DNA from: an uncultured Chloroflexia bacterium
GTDB taxonomy: Bacteria; Chloroflexota; Limnocylindria; Limnocylindrales; CSP1-4
Length of the DNA: 64,000 nucleotides
Assembly (NCBI GenBank): GCA_963824735.1
Contig: CAWGQH010000012.1
Span: 68,992 to 132,991 of the forward strand
Reading direction: 5' to 3'
Below are positions 10,830 to 23,743 of this stretch, piece after piece. The notes beneath the pieces were generated by a model. The model made no database searches. It saw nothing but the letters and a program-made list of their open reading frames with translations, and was not told where the DNA came from. Made by a program: the position numbers and the translations under genes. Each line of letters opens with the position of its first letter. The first letter of the stretch is position 1.

Positions 10830-12849
10830 TCAGCGCTCCCGGCGGTACGGGACGTCGGCGATGACCGTGTGCTCGCGGCCCACCAGCGCCGACTTCAGGC
10901 GGCGCGCGGCCTGGTTGTAGAGCAGCCGGTCCCACCAATGGCGGGCGACGTACTCGGGCAGCACGACGATGGTGATCGGCGCCGGCTTGTCGGGCGGCCA
11001 AGCCTTGTCGAGCACGTCGAGGTAGGCGACGAGCGGTCCGATCAGGGCCCGGTACGGCGACTCGACGATCACCAGCGGCACGCCCGGCAGCTGGCGCTCC
11101 CAGCGCCGGCGCAGCTCCTCGCCTTCCTTGTCGTCCTCGGTGACGTACACCGCCCGGATGTCGGAGCTGATCGTGCGCGCGAAGTTCACGGCCTGGATCA
11201 CGGCGCGGTTGATGCCGTTGACGGGGACGACGACACGCTGCTCCCGGCGCGGCCCCTCGACGACGAGCTCGTCCCGGACCTCGAGCTCGTGCGCCTGGGC
11301 GTCGTACTCGCGGCGGATGAACAGCATCATCGCGACGAGGATCGGGATCAGCATCAGGACGAGCCACGCGCCGTCGGCGAACTTGACGCTCGTGACGACG
11401 ATCGCCACGAGGCCGGTCGCGACGCAGCCGAACGCATTGATCGCCTGGCGCCGCCGCCAGCCCGGGGCACTTGACCCGCTGCCAGTGGCGCACCATGCCC
11501 GCCTGCGAGATCGTGAAGTCGATGAACACGCCGACCGCGTAGAGCGGGATCAGGTCGTGCGTGTGGCCGCCAAAGATGACGACCAGCGAAGCGGCGACGA
11601 TCCCGAGCGCCACGATGCCCATCGAGAACGCCAACCGGTCGCCGCGGAAGCTGAACTGGCGCGGGAAGAAGCCGTCGATGGCGAGCACCGCGGCGAGGCG
11701 CGGAAAGGCCGCAAAGGACGTGTTCGCAGCGAGGAACAGCAGGAGCGCGGTGAAGGCCTGGAACAGGTAGAAGCCGAACGAGTCGTCCCCGAACACGGTC
11801 GACGACACCTGCGCGATCACCGTCTGCTTGGTCGGCTCCTCGACCGGCACGATCCCGAAGTTGACGGCCAGGAACGTGATCCCGATGAACAGGACGGCGA
11901 GGATCACGGCCATCGCCACCAGGGTCGCCGCGGCGTTCTTCGCTTCAGGCGGCTTGAACGCGGGCACGCCGGTCGCGATCGCCTCGGTACCGGTCAGGGC
12001 AACGGCGCCGGCTGCGAACGCCCGCAGCAGGAGCAGCACGCTCACGGCCTGCACGGTGTTGACCGTCGCCGCCTGGGCCTCGGGTGGTGGCGGCCGGGTA
12101 TCGCCGAGCACGATGATCCGGAAGGCGCCCACGCCGATCATCAGCAGCGCGCTGCCGAGGAACAGGTAGGTCGGGACCGCGAAGATGTTGCCGGCCTCGC
12201 GGATGCCGCGCAGGTTGCCGATCGTGATCAGGCCGATGGCTGCGACCCCGATCCCGACCGCGAAAGGCGCCAGGTCCGGGAGCGCCGACGTGATCTGCTC
12301 CACCGCGGACGACGTGGAGACCGCGACCGTCAGGTTGTAGTCGATCAGCAGCGCCGAAGCTGCCACCAGTGACGCCATCCGTCCGAAGTTCGCCTTCGAG
12401 ACCGAGTACGAGCCGCCGCCCGTCGGGTAGGCAATGCAGATCTGGCGGTAGCTGAAGGCGACGATCCCGAGGAGGATCGCGATCGCGATCGCGACCGGGA
12501 CCGCGAACTGGAACGCGAGCAGGGCGGCCCCGGCCAGGATGAACGCCCGGATGATCTCCTCGGTCGCGTAGGCCGAGGACGAGATCGCGTCGGAGCTGAA
12601 GATCGCGAGGGCCTTGACCTTCGAGAGCCGTTCCTCGCTCTCCGACTCCGACGACAGCGGCTTGCCGAGCACGACCGCCCTGATCCGGGCGAACGCCCGC
12701 CCGGTCCGCGTCAACGGGACGTTGGCGGCCTCCTTGGCCGTGAGCTGCCCGGGGCCCGTGTAGCGGAAGTAGGGCGAATGCGGCCGCTCGACCCGAACTC
12801 GCCGATCGCCCGGCTTGCGGCCCTGGATCGGGCGCCGACCGCCGATCAC
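10830..12849 (-). pseudogene. APC-superfamily permease with a conserved C-terminal cytoplasmic domain (M. tuberculosis Rv2690c-like). One frameshift near 11461-11467.
   Basis: The N-terminal part of about 460 aa, with 12 TM segments, lies in ORF 10789..12849 up to GMVRHWQRVK. The C-terminal part (GWRRRQAINAFGCVATGLVAIVVTSVKFADGAWLVL...) lies in the frame of ORF 10830..11408. The junction is at a CCCCGGG run. Length is 3n+1. Confidence 0.8.
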
Positions 12850-12852
12850 GGC

Positions 12853-13572
12853 TCAGACGCCATAGGACAGCCGCTCGACGAGCCGGGACGGCAGGCCGAC
12901 CTTGCGCATCCGGGCCTGGACGGCCTCGATGTCGTACGGGACGCGATGCCACGAGACGCGGCCCGCGTCGCTGTCGATCACCATGTATCCCGCATCCGGG
13001 ATGCCGTCCCGCGGCTGGCCGACGCTGCCCGGGTTGAACAGCGCGCGACCACGAAGGTCAAAGGTCGAGCCGTCACCCGGGGAGATCAGCTCGATCCGCC
13101 CGTCATCCTCCGCCCAGATGATCGGCAGGTGGGTGTGGCCGTGCAGCCCGAAGCGGGTCGTGATGAACGACAGGTTTGCGCGGGCCACCGGGCCGGACGT
13201 GATGTACTCCCACAGCGGCTCCCGCGGCGAGCCGTGGACGAGCGTGTAGTCGGCCTCGAGCAGCCGCTCGGGCAGCGCCGTCAGCCACGTTCGTGTCGTG
13301 GTCGAGATCCGGGTCCGCGTCCACTCGATGGCCGCGCGCGCCTCCGGGTTGAACCACTCGATCTCCGACCCGCCGACAGCCGCAGCGTCGTGGTTGCCCC
13401 GGACGCCCACCGCGCCAACCTCGGCGAGGCGGGCGACGACGCCGTCAGGATCGGGCCCGTAGCCGACCACGTCCCCGAGCTGCCAGATCGCGTCGACCGC
13501 ACCGAGATGGGCGAGCACGGCGTCAAGGGCGACGAGATTGCTGTGGATGTCCGAAAGGACAGCGATCCGCAT
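12853..13572 (-). CDS. Metallophosphoesterase (MJ0936/YfcE-like)
   Basis: MRIAVLSDIHSN..QLGDVVGYGP..GNHD..GHTH motifs. Intact, 239 aa. Confidence 0.8.
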   Translation of the reverse strand: MRIAVLSDIHSNLVALDAVLAHLGAVDAIWQLGDVVGYGPDPDGVVARLAEVGAVGVRGNHDAAAVGGSEIEWFNPEARAAIEWTRTRISTTTRTWLTALPERLLEADYTLVHGSPREPLWEYITSGPVARANLSFITTRFGLHGHTHLPIIWAEDDGRIELISPGDGSTFDLRGRALFNPGSVGQPRDGIPDAGYMVIDSDAGRVSWHRVPYDIEAVQARMRKVGLPSRLVERLSYGV

Positions 13573-13599
13573 CCGGGCGAAGGGTAGCAGCGGTTTCCC

Positions 13600-14374
13600 T
13601 CACCACGGGGTCCTGCGGCGCACGGCGGGATCGCGCGGGAAGCGGTCGGGCGTGGTGCCCGTCTTGGTGATGACCACCAGCCGATGCCCGGCCAGCCCGG
13701 TGACCGGTACGTCGGTGGTCTGCAGCGTGCCGCCCCCCAGGGCGTCCATGGCGCGCGCTGCGGCGGTCGCTTCCGCCGAGACATCGCCTTGCTTCCAGGC
13801 GATCAGCACGCCGCCCGGAGCCAGCAGCGGGAAGGACAGCTCGACGAGGTCGGGCAGGGCGGCGACAGCACGCGCCAGGACCGCCGGCCAGCGCCCGCGG
13901 TGCTCGGGGTTGCCCGCGAGCTGCTCCGCCCGGCCGCTGAAGGTCGTGATGGTCCCCGCCATTCCGACTGCCGTCGCGGCGGCATCGAGGAAGCGGACCT
14001 TCTTCGCGATGGAGTCGACGAGCAGCGCCTCGTCGGCCGGGAGCAGCCGCGGCGACAGGGAGCCCCGGGAACCCGCCACCACTCCCCAGGTCGACGAAGC
14101 GACGGAGCCCGCGCTCGCGCAGCACGGGGAGCGCGCTGAGGCTGTCGATGACGTGCCCGATCGCGGCGGCCTCCGGATCGCGGATCGCCGTGAGGTTGAT
14201 CGACCGGTTCCAGGCGAGGAGGAGGCGCACGTGCCCGTCGATCGCGTTCCGTTGGGCGCTGCCCAACTCGACGCCGATCTCCTGCAGCCCGGCCTCGAGG
14301 GCACGGTGATACGCGGCGGGCAGGGGTGGGGTGACGTCGACGCGCGTCGGGAGCGGCTCGCGCTGACGATCCAG
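13600..14374 (-). pseudogene. rsmG: 16S rRNA (guanine527-N7)-methyltransferase RsmG/GidB, one frameshift near 14047-14050. The start is uncertain.
   Basis: The N-terminal half (LLLAWNRSINLTAIRDPEAAAIGHVIDSL..FVDLGSGGGFPGLPVAA) is in the frame of ORF 13523..14470. The C-terminal half (LLPADEALLVDSIAKKVRFLD..FSGRAEQL..) is in ORF 13600..14379. AGGAGG lies 6 nt before a CTG at 14374, and ATG 14470 is an in-frame alternative. Confidence 0.75.
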
Positions 14375-14575
14375 TGCACGCCTCCTGTCTTGCGTGCGGC
14401 TCGGACCTGCGCGGCGCCGCTCCCGGCGGCGACTCAAGTCGCAGGTGGTGGTCGGTCTTCCCCGGTCCATCCGGTTCCCGGCTCGGGTTTCCCCGATCGC
14501 CTCGCGGACCGCGTTACCCTTCCGCCACGGTGCGGATGCCGGACGCTACGGCCGACGCCCGTGGCAGTCAACACG

Positions 14576-14618
14576 GTTATCCACCAACCCGCGGCCTGGC
14601 GGTGGATTCGTGGATAAC
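14576..14618. terminator. Hairpin (9-bp perfect stem GTTATCCAC / GTGGATAAC) 23 nt downstream of the csoR stop. Both arms are also DnaA-box-like.
   Basis: Inverted repeat at 14576-14584 and 14610-14618, with an inner alternative pairing ATCCACC/GGTGGAT. There is no U-tract. Confidence 0.35.
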
Positions 14619-14640
14619 TGCAACCCTGGGCGGCTGCGTG

Positions 14641-14997
14641 TCAGGCCGAACGCGCGGTGCCGCGAACCGGCCGACCGAGCGTCCGGCGAACCACGTCGAT
14701 CACCTCGTCGACGTACTGGTCCGCCTCGCCGCGCGCGGCGGCCGTGCGGACGCAGCCCTGGACGTGGTCCTCGAGCAGCATGATCGACAGCGAGTCGACA
14801 GCCGCCCGGAGAGCCGACGTCTGCTGGAGGATGTCGATGCAGTACTCCTCCCGCTCGATCATCCGCGCGATGCCACGCACCTGCCCCTCCATGCGCGACA
14901 GGCGCCGGATCAGCTGGGACCGATCCTTCGAGTAGCTGTGACGGAAGTGATCGGGTGCAGGGGTCGCGCTCGCGCGACGCGCCTCGGTCGAGCTCAT
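14641..14997 (-). CDS. csoR: Copper-sensing transcriptional repressor CsoR (DUF156 family)
   Basis: KDRSQLIRRLSRMEGQVRGIARMIEREEYCIDILQQTSALRAAVDSLSIMLLEDHVQGC carries the Cys-His-Cys Cu(I) ligand pattern. The ATG at 14997 is preceded by GAGGGA; the longer ORF-track start looks like non-coding read-through. Confidence 0.9.
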   Translation of the reverse strand: MSSTEARRASATPAPDHFRHSYSKDRSQLIRRLSRMEGQVRGIARMIEREEYCIDILQQTSALRAAVDSLSIMLLEDHVQGCVRTAAARGEADQYVDEVIDVVRRTLGRPVRGTARSA

Positions 14998-15045
14998 CGG
15001 CAGGTCGTCCCTCGGGTGGTGGCGCCTGCGTGGCGCCTTCCCGGG

Positions 15046-15065
15046 ATCATACCCCCAGGGGGTAT
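15046..15065. promoter_or_regulatory. CsoR-type operator ATACCCCC-A-GGGGGTAT overlapping the csoR -10 (TATGAT)
   Basis: Perfect 17-nt palindrome at 15049-15065. On the minus strand, TATGAT sits at 15051-15046 and TTGTTC lies 17 nt upstream of it. The site is in the divergent csoR / 15111 intergenic region. Confidence 0.75.
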
Positions 15066-15095
15066 TCGGAACAACCGGTCTGACGCTCGCTCGGC

Positions 15096-15101
15096 TAGAC
15101 T
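15096..15101 (+). promoter_or_regulatory. -10 element TAGACT placed 9 nt before the ATG at 15111 (leaderless-type promoter)
   Basis: TAGACT is followed by gcatcgcgc and then ATG, with no Shine-Dalgarno sequence. The same hexamer in the same geometry occurs at 53121. Confidence 0.45.
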
Positions 15102-15110
15102 GCATCGCGC

Positions 15111-15497
15111 ATGGATCCGCGCGACCAGCTCCGCCCGCTCCTCGATGGTGTCGGCTGCACCGTCTGCGGGAGCCCCGTCCCGGGCGAGCGGATCCGCATC
15201 CTGGCCCACCGCGACGACCTCGCGTTCGTCGAGCTGAGCTGTCCGGGATGCGAGAGCACGACGCTCGGGATGCTCCTCGCGGCCGACGATCCCGAGCGCG
15301 GGCCGGTGCTCGACGTGGCCCCATTCGGCGAGCTCAGCCCGGGCGACGAGGCACGGCGCGCTGGGGATGGACCAATCACGACGGCCGACGTGCGTGCGGC
15401 GCGGGCCTTCCTCGCGGGCTGGCAGGGGGACCTCGTCGGCCTCCTCGACCGGCGGGACGAACCCGGCGGCCGGCGCGACCCGTCCTCGGCCCGGTGA
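15111..15497 (+). CDS. Hypothetical protein with a CxxC...CxxC zinc-ribbon-like motif
   Basis: GCTVCGSPV...SCPGCEST. GC3-rich frame. Its stop overlaps the next start as GTGA. Confidence 0.6.
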   Translation: MDPRDQLRPLLDGVGCTVCGSPVPGERIRILAHRDDLAFVELSCPGCESTTLGMLLAADDPERGPVLDVAPFGELSPGDEARRAGDGPITTADVRAARAFLAGWQGDLVGLLDRRDEPGGRRDPSSAR

Positions 15498-16074
15498 CCG
15501 ACATCCTGCGCGAGACCACACCGCCGTTCGCGCATGCGAGCGAGGCCGAGATGGCCCGCATCCTCGACTTCTACGGGATCGTCTGGGAGTACGAGCCCCA
15601 CACCTTCCCGATCCTGTGGAACCTCGAGGGCGACGTCGTCGAGAGCTTCTCGCCGGACTTCTACCTCGCCGAGCTCGACCTGTACCTCGAGATGACCACC
15701 CTCCGCCAGAAGCTCGTGCGCAAGAAGAACCGCAAGCTGCGCCGGCTCCGCGAGCTGTATCCCGACGTCCGCATCAAGCTGTTCTACGCGCGCGACTTCC
15801 GCGCCCTCATGCTGAAGTACGGGAAGCTCGCGTTGGCCGACGCGCTCACCGGGACGGCGGGCCAGGCCGGACTGCCCGAAGCGCCCAAGGCAACCGGGGC
15901 GGTCGATCCGGCGCTCATCGCGGCGGTTATTGTCCTGGACGCCGTCGGCGAGGAGTCCGCCCCGCCGACCACGAGCCCGAGCCGCCCGACCGCGGCGCGG
16001 CGTCGCAGGCGGCGGCGGGCAGCTGCCTCGGTGCCTGCGACCACCACCCACCCTGATCGATCCGAGAACGCCTG

Positions 16075-16075
<1 letters not shown>
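15494..16075 (+). CDS. Conserved-looking hypothetical protein (possibly a nuclease-like core) with a basic low-complexity tail
   Basis: VTDILRETTPPFAHASEAEMARILDFYGIVWEYEPHTFPILWNLEGDVVESFSPDFYLAELDLYLEMTTLRQKLVRKKNRKLRRLRELYPDVRIKLFY. The stop overlaps the hpt ATG. Confidence 0.55.
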
Positions 16076-16643
<568 letters not shown>

Positions 16644-16647
<4 letters not shown>

Positions 16648-17078
16648 GCCTGCACCGCCGGCCCGTCGGGCGCGGCCGGCTTCTCGCGGGTCTTTCGGCA
16701 ATCGTCCTGATCGTCGCGTGCGTTCCGGCGTGGTGGACCGCCGGCTCCGCCTCCGAGGGCCTGCCGCAGATCTCGGGAAATGCGTTCGACGGGCCGAGCA
16801 TCGCGGTCTTCCTCGTGGCCCTGGCCACGCTCGCGCTGATCACGCTGCCGTACGCCAGTGACCGCCCGGTCGGCTTCGATCGGTGGTGGGCATACGCCGC
16901 CCTCGCGATCGTCGGCTGGGTGGGCGTCGGGCTGCGCGTGATCGACCTCGCCCTCACGCCGGGCGGTCCGGGCACGATGACCCCCGACCGTGCACCCGGC
17001 CTGTGGCTGGCGGTGATCGGCCTCGGCGTGCTGTCCCGCGCCGCCTACCTGATCTCGCGCGAGCCCGAATACCGCTAG
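16644..17078 (+). CDS. Hypothetical integral membrane protein
   Basis: The GTG at 16644 overlaps the hpt stop as GTGA. About four hydrophobic segments (LLAGLSAIVLIVACVPAWW, IAVFLVALATLALITL, AYAALAIVGWVGVGL, LWLAVIGLGVL). Confidence 0.6.
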
Positions 17079-17106
17079 CGACCGAGGCAGGCGGAGGCGG
17101 ACCGTC

Positions 17107-17818
<712 letters not shown>

Positions 17819-17820
17819 CG

Positions 17821-18668
17821 TCAGACCGTCGGCGCCCCGGGGTCGCCCGGGTTCGTGACGTTCGCCGCGCTTGCAGCACTGGCAGCGATGCCGAGGTCCG
17901 CAGCGCCGCCGCGCCCGAGGTAGGCCTCGATGACGCGCGGGTTCGACTGGATCTCGGCCGGGTTGCCCTCGGCGATCTTCTCGCCGTAGTCGAGCACCGT
18001 GATGCGCTCCGAGATGCCCATGACCACCCGCATCTCGTGCTCGATGAGCAGGATCGTGATCCCGAGCTCGTCGCGCAGGTTGCGGATGAAGTCGGTCATC
18101 TGGGCCGTCTCGTTCGGGTTCATGCCCGCCGTCGGCTCGTCGAGGAGGAGCAGGCGCGGCTTGTTGGCGAGCGCCCGGGCGATCTCGAGCCGGCGCTGGT
18201 CGCCATAGGGCAGCTTGCTCGCGAGCATGTCGCCCTTGCCGCGCAGGCCGACGTAGCGCAGCAGGCGGCCGGCCTCGTCCTGTGCCCGCTTCTCGTCCTC
18301 CTTGACCGACTTCGTGCCCAGCACCGTGCCGATCCAGGTCGAATGGAGATGGTGGTGCTGGCCGACCAGGATGTTCTCCATCGCGGTCATGTTCGCGAAC
18401 AGCCGGATGTTCTGGTACGTCCGGCGACACCCCGAGGTGGGCGATCTGGTCGCGGCGGAGCTTGTGGATCGGCTGGCCGTCGAGCTCGATCTCGCCCGAC
18501 GTCGATGTCGTAGAAGCCGGCGATGCAGTTGAAGAACGTCGTCTTGCCGGCGCCGTTCGGTCCGATGACGCTGACGATCGCTCCCTCGTCGACGTCGAAG
18601 TCGAGCTTGTTGACCGCCAGGAGCCCGCCGAAGCGCTTGGTGACGGCGCGGGTCACGAGGAGCGTCAT
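17821..18668 (-). pseudogene. livG: Branched-chain amino acid ABC transporter ATPase LivG, two frameshifts near 18492 and 18423
   Basis: MTLLVTRAVTKRFGGLLAVNKLDFDVDEGAIVSVIGPNGAGKTTFFN, then EIELDGQPIHKLRRDQIAHLGV, then RTYQNIRLFANMTAMENILV... lie in three successive frames. Length is 3n+2. Confidence 0.85.
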
Positions 18669-20416
18669 GACATCCCTCCCCGCGTGATCGGCGTCGTGTC
18701 GCCGGCGATCATCGCCGGCGCCTCGTCGCCGACGTGCAGCTCGCGTCGGGCAATGCTGGACGGCCAGATGCCTTCGGGCCGGTACAGCATCATCGCGATC
18801 AGCGCGGCGCCGTAGAACAGGAAGCGGTAGTCGGCAGAACTCGCGGAAGAGCTCCGGGATGCCGATGAGGAAGAGGGCTCCGAGGACGACGCCCGGGATG
18901 CTGCCCATGCCGCCGACGATGACGATCGCGGCCACGTTGATCGACACGAACAGGTTGATGCTGCTCGGGAAGATCGAGCCCACGAGCCCGGCGAAGATCG
19001 CGCCGCCGAGCCCGGCGAACGCCGCACCCAGGATGTAGGCCAGCAGCTTCGTCTGGATCAGGTTGACGCCGACCGCCTCGGCGACGTCCTCGTCCTCGCG
19101 GATCGCCACCCACGCCCGCCCGATGCGGCCGGCGCGCAGGCGCCAGGCGACGAACGCGATGATCGCCGCGAACACGAGCGCGATGTAGTAGATCTGGACG
19201 GGACCGGAGAGGAAGTTGGTCGACGGCACGTCGATCGGCTTCGGGATGTTGATGATCCCGCGCGGGCCGCCGAGCGACCGGCAGGAGCAGGTTCGAGCCG
19301 GCAAGGATCCGGATGATCTCGCCGAAGCCCAGCGTCGCGATCGCCAGGTAGTCGCCGCGGATGCTGAGGATCGGCAGGCCGAGGATGGCGCCGAAGAGTG
19401 CCGCGAACAGCATGGCGAACGGCAGCGCCGCCCAGAAGGGCAGGTCAAGCAGGCCGTATTCCGCCAGCGACGTGAACAGGCCGACCGTGTACGCGCCGAC
19501 GGCGAAGAAGGCCACGAAGCCCAGGTCGAGCAGGCCGGCGAGACCCAGCGTGATGTTCAGGCCGAAGGCCATCAGGATGTAGAGGGCGACCAGCGCGATC
19601 ACCTGGGCGAAGAACGGGCCGAGCAGGAGCGGCAGCACCAGGATGATCCCGACCAGCACCGCGATCGCGGGGATGCGCAGCTGCTCCCGCCGCTCCGCCG
19701 GAAGCGCCGCGACGCGCGCGGCGACGCCGACGCGCTGGCGGATGACCCGCCCGACCACGACGACGCGTGAAGACGAGGACCGCGCCGACCACGGTGAGGC
19801 CGTCGCCGGTGAACAGCAGCCGCGCGATATCGAACAGCCCGGCGGACATCAGCGGCGCGCGCAGGAGGCCCGCGAACAGCCCCACGATCGAGGACGGCGA
19901 GCAGGCCGCGGACAAGCGGCGACCGGATGTGGTCCGGCAGCCGGCCGACGCCGGCCGCCAGGGCTCCGAACAGGAGCGCCCTCGACCGCGGGGATCCACG
20001 CGCCCGCGACTCCGAGGCCCATCGTGAGCATCGAGTACAGCTCGGGCGAGGCGTTGAGGAACATCGCCCGCAGGTCGACGACGCTGCCGACGATCACCAG
20101 CAACGAGAGCACTCCACCGGTGATCAACCCGGCCGCCCCGCCGGCGAGGATTGCTTCGCGGGTGGTCCGCGCCCTGCGCGCCGCGAACGCGCCCGGGATC
20201 GCCATCGAGCCGAACAGGGCAACCTGGCCGAGCGTGATCACGCCGGCGATCAGCTGGCGGGCATGGAACACCGGGACGATCCCGACGAGGCACAGGTAGA
20301 GCGCGATGGCCCCGCCGATGAGCCCGATCTTCGCGATCTCGCGCCAGGTGCGTCGCGGCCTCGTACGGCTCGACGTCGGGCGTGGACTTCGACCGGCGCA
20401 GCGACGGCGTCGGCGG

Positions 20417-20420
<4 letters not shown>
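18665..20420 (-). pseudogene. livM: Branched-chain amino acid ABC transporter permease LivM (long form), about 7 frameshifts
   Basis: Protein-like segments chain across frames: MTADAVAAPVE / STPDVEPYEAAT / TWREIAKIGLIGG..AWIPAVEGA / LLFGALAAGVGRLPDHIRSPLVRGLLAVL / IVGLFAGLL..VLVFT / [20 protein letters not shown] / [22 protein letters not shown] / [22 protein letters not shown]. Junctions lie near 20387, 20350, 19983, 19893, 19768, 19280 and 18838. Length is 3n+1. Confidence 0.8.
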
Positions 20421-21514
<1,094 letters not shown>

Positions 21515-21605
21515 CCGGCTCCGTCAGCTTTCTCGGGACCCGGATGCGAACCGAGCCCGGAGGGGTCCCCCGGGCTCGGTTCGATGGTTCAAGGGTTGTC
21601 GATCG

Positions 21606-22840
21606 CTACTCGGTCGGCCAGATCGGCGCCTCCGGCGGCCACTCGCCGCCGGCCTCACGATCCGTGAGCTCGTAGACCGCGATCAGGGGCGCGCCACAGT
21701 CGCCGGTCGGCGAGCAGGACAGCACGCCGGTGAGACCCTGGTGGTCCTTGGTCGCGAAGATCGCGTCACGCAGGGCCTTCTTCGGGATGAACAGCGAGCC
21801 GTCGCTGTTCTTGACCGCGACCTTCTCGATCGCGTTGAACAGGATGTTCGCCGCCGTCGTAGGCGTGGGCGTGGAACGCGCTGAGCGGGTTCTCGCCGTA
21901 CTTGGCCGTGTGCTTCTCGAGGAAGGCGGCGTAGCCCTCCTGGAACGCCGAGAAGTTCGGGCTCGAGAGGAACATCCCCGCGGCGCCGGCACCGGCAGCC
22001 GTGACGAAGTCCGGCGTGAACATGCCGTCCGAGCCGATCCGGATGACGTCCTCGAGGCCCGGGGTCTCGAGTGCCTGCTGCGGCGATGTGGCCACCCTCG
22101 GCCACGAAGACCGGGAAGTACAGGAGCTCCGGCTCGGCCGCGGCGATCGCGGTGAGCGCCGGGCTCATGTCGGTCTGGCCCTTGGAGACGGCCTCCTGCG
22201 CGACGATCTCACCACCGAGGGCGGTGAACTCGTCGGCGAAGACCTGCTGGAGGGCCTCGGCGTACGCGCTGCCGTCGTGGATCGTGGCCGCCGTCTTGAC
22301 GCCCTTCTCGTTGAACGCCCACTCGGCGACGGCCTTGCCCTGGAACGCATCGCTATGTGCGGTGCGGGCGTAGCCGGCGTACGTGGCGTCGCGGTCCTCG
22401 GCAGTCAGCGCCGGGCGCGTGTTCGAGGGCGAGATCGTGGTCAGGCCCGCGTCGGTCAGGGTCTTGATGCCGCCGACGGTCTCGTCGGAGCAGGCCGAGC
22501 CGACGAGGCCGACGATCGTGGTGTCGGATGCCAGCTTCTGGGCGGCCGTCGCGCCGCCTTCCGGCGTGCACAGGCCGTCCTCGGTGGTCAGGGAGATGTC
22601 GTGGTCGAGAAGCTTGCCGCCCTTGTCCTCGATCGCGATCTCGACACCGCGCTTCGAGTCTTCACCAAGGGTCGAGTCGGCGCCCGACAGGACGCCCCAA
22701 TACGCAACGTGGATCGGATCCCCGGCCGGGACCGTAAAGACGCCGAGCTCGTCGGACGGCGCCGCCGCCCCGCCGCTGCAGGCGCCGAGAGCAAGGAGCG
22801 CGGCTACGCCGAGCGCTCCCACCCGAATGAAACGCTTCAA
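21606..22840 (-). pseudogene. livK: Branched-chain amino acid ABC transporter substrate-binding lipoprotein (LivK/LivJ type), two frameshifts near 22084 and 21858
   Basis: TTG at 22840, 7 nt after GAGGAGG. Lipobox in LKRFIRVGALGVAALLALGACSGG. Three frame segments end with ..SPTGDCGAPLIAVYELTD. Length is 3n+2. Confidence 0.8.
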
Positions 22841-23216
22841 AGTCTTTCCTCCTCGTGATCCGATCGGTCCAACACGCGGCCGATCATGATCGATGCACCG
22901 TGGGCCCTCCCAGGCGTGCGCCCGGTCAGATACCCGGATCGCCTTCGAGTCCCTCGATCGCGGTCCCCTCCAGGACCGCGCTCCAGGTACTGGTGCTCGA
23001 CGGGCGACCGGATTCCTCTCCGGGCGGCGCGCAGGTGGCCGCCGAAGCGATGCCGTATCATATCCGTCGGCGAACCGAATGCAACACCGTTCGGCCGCGC
23101 CCAGCACCGTCGTCGAGCTATACGCTCGCCGGTCCTGGCGGTCGTGGCCTGGTTGGATGAGCATCGGCTCCGTTCCGCAGTTCGATCGCCGACCCGTTTG
23201 AGGTGGACCCGAAGGC

Positions 23217-23684
23217 GTGGAATATCTGGTCCGAGCGGCCCGTGTCACGGACATCGAACGGCTCGTCGCCCTGAGCGACGGCGGGCTTGGCGGTGCACCG
23301 GGTACGAGCTCGCTCGCTGCAGCAGATCTCTTCCGCCAGCTCGTGTATCTCCCTCAGGCGAGCATCTTCGTTGCGGAGGCGCAACGCGTCGTGGTCGGAG
23401 GAGCGGTTCTCGCGCTCCGACCGTCAGTCCGGGCCGGCGGCTTCGTCGGCGCGGTGGACCTCCTGGTCGTCGACCCGGAGTACGACGTGGACCGCATCAC
23501 CTCCGCCCTCCTCGAGGAGATCGTTCGATCCGCCAGCAACAAGGGGTGCACCGTCGTCGAGGCGTTGGTCACGAACGATCCCGCGGAGTCGGCGCGCTGG
23601 GAAGCCCTCGGCTTCCAGGCAGGCGAACCGCGTATTCAACGAACCGTGGCCGCGGCGGGATCCGCCGCGCGCCGCACCACATGA
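23217..23684 (+). CDS. GNAT-family N-acetyltransferase
   Basis: 155 aa. VGAVDLLVVDPEYDVDRITSALLEEIVRSASNKGCTVVEALV resembles the acetyl-CoA binding core. Confidence 0.65.
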   Translation: MEYLVRAARVTDIERLVALSDGGLGGAPGTSSLAAADLFRQLVYLPQASIFVAEAQRVVVGGAVLALRPSVRAGGFVGAVDLLVVDPEYDVDRITSALLEEIVRSASNKGCTVVEALVTNDPAESARWEALGFQAGEPRIQRTVAAAGSAARRTT

Positions 23685-23743
23685 TTGACTCCGCCGTGCA
23701 GCGAAGCCGCGCCGGCGGAGCCCAGTAGACCCAAGGAGTCACC

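Noticed and set aside
14470-14640. A chromosomal replication origin next to rsmG, suggested by the DnaA-box pair.
   Set aside because: There are only two to three boxes and no AT-rich unwinding element. No dnaA, dnaN or parAB genes are in the window, and the boxes double as a simple hairpin after csoR. I retained it only as a low-interest finding.
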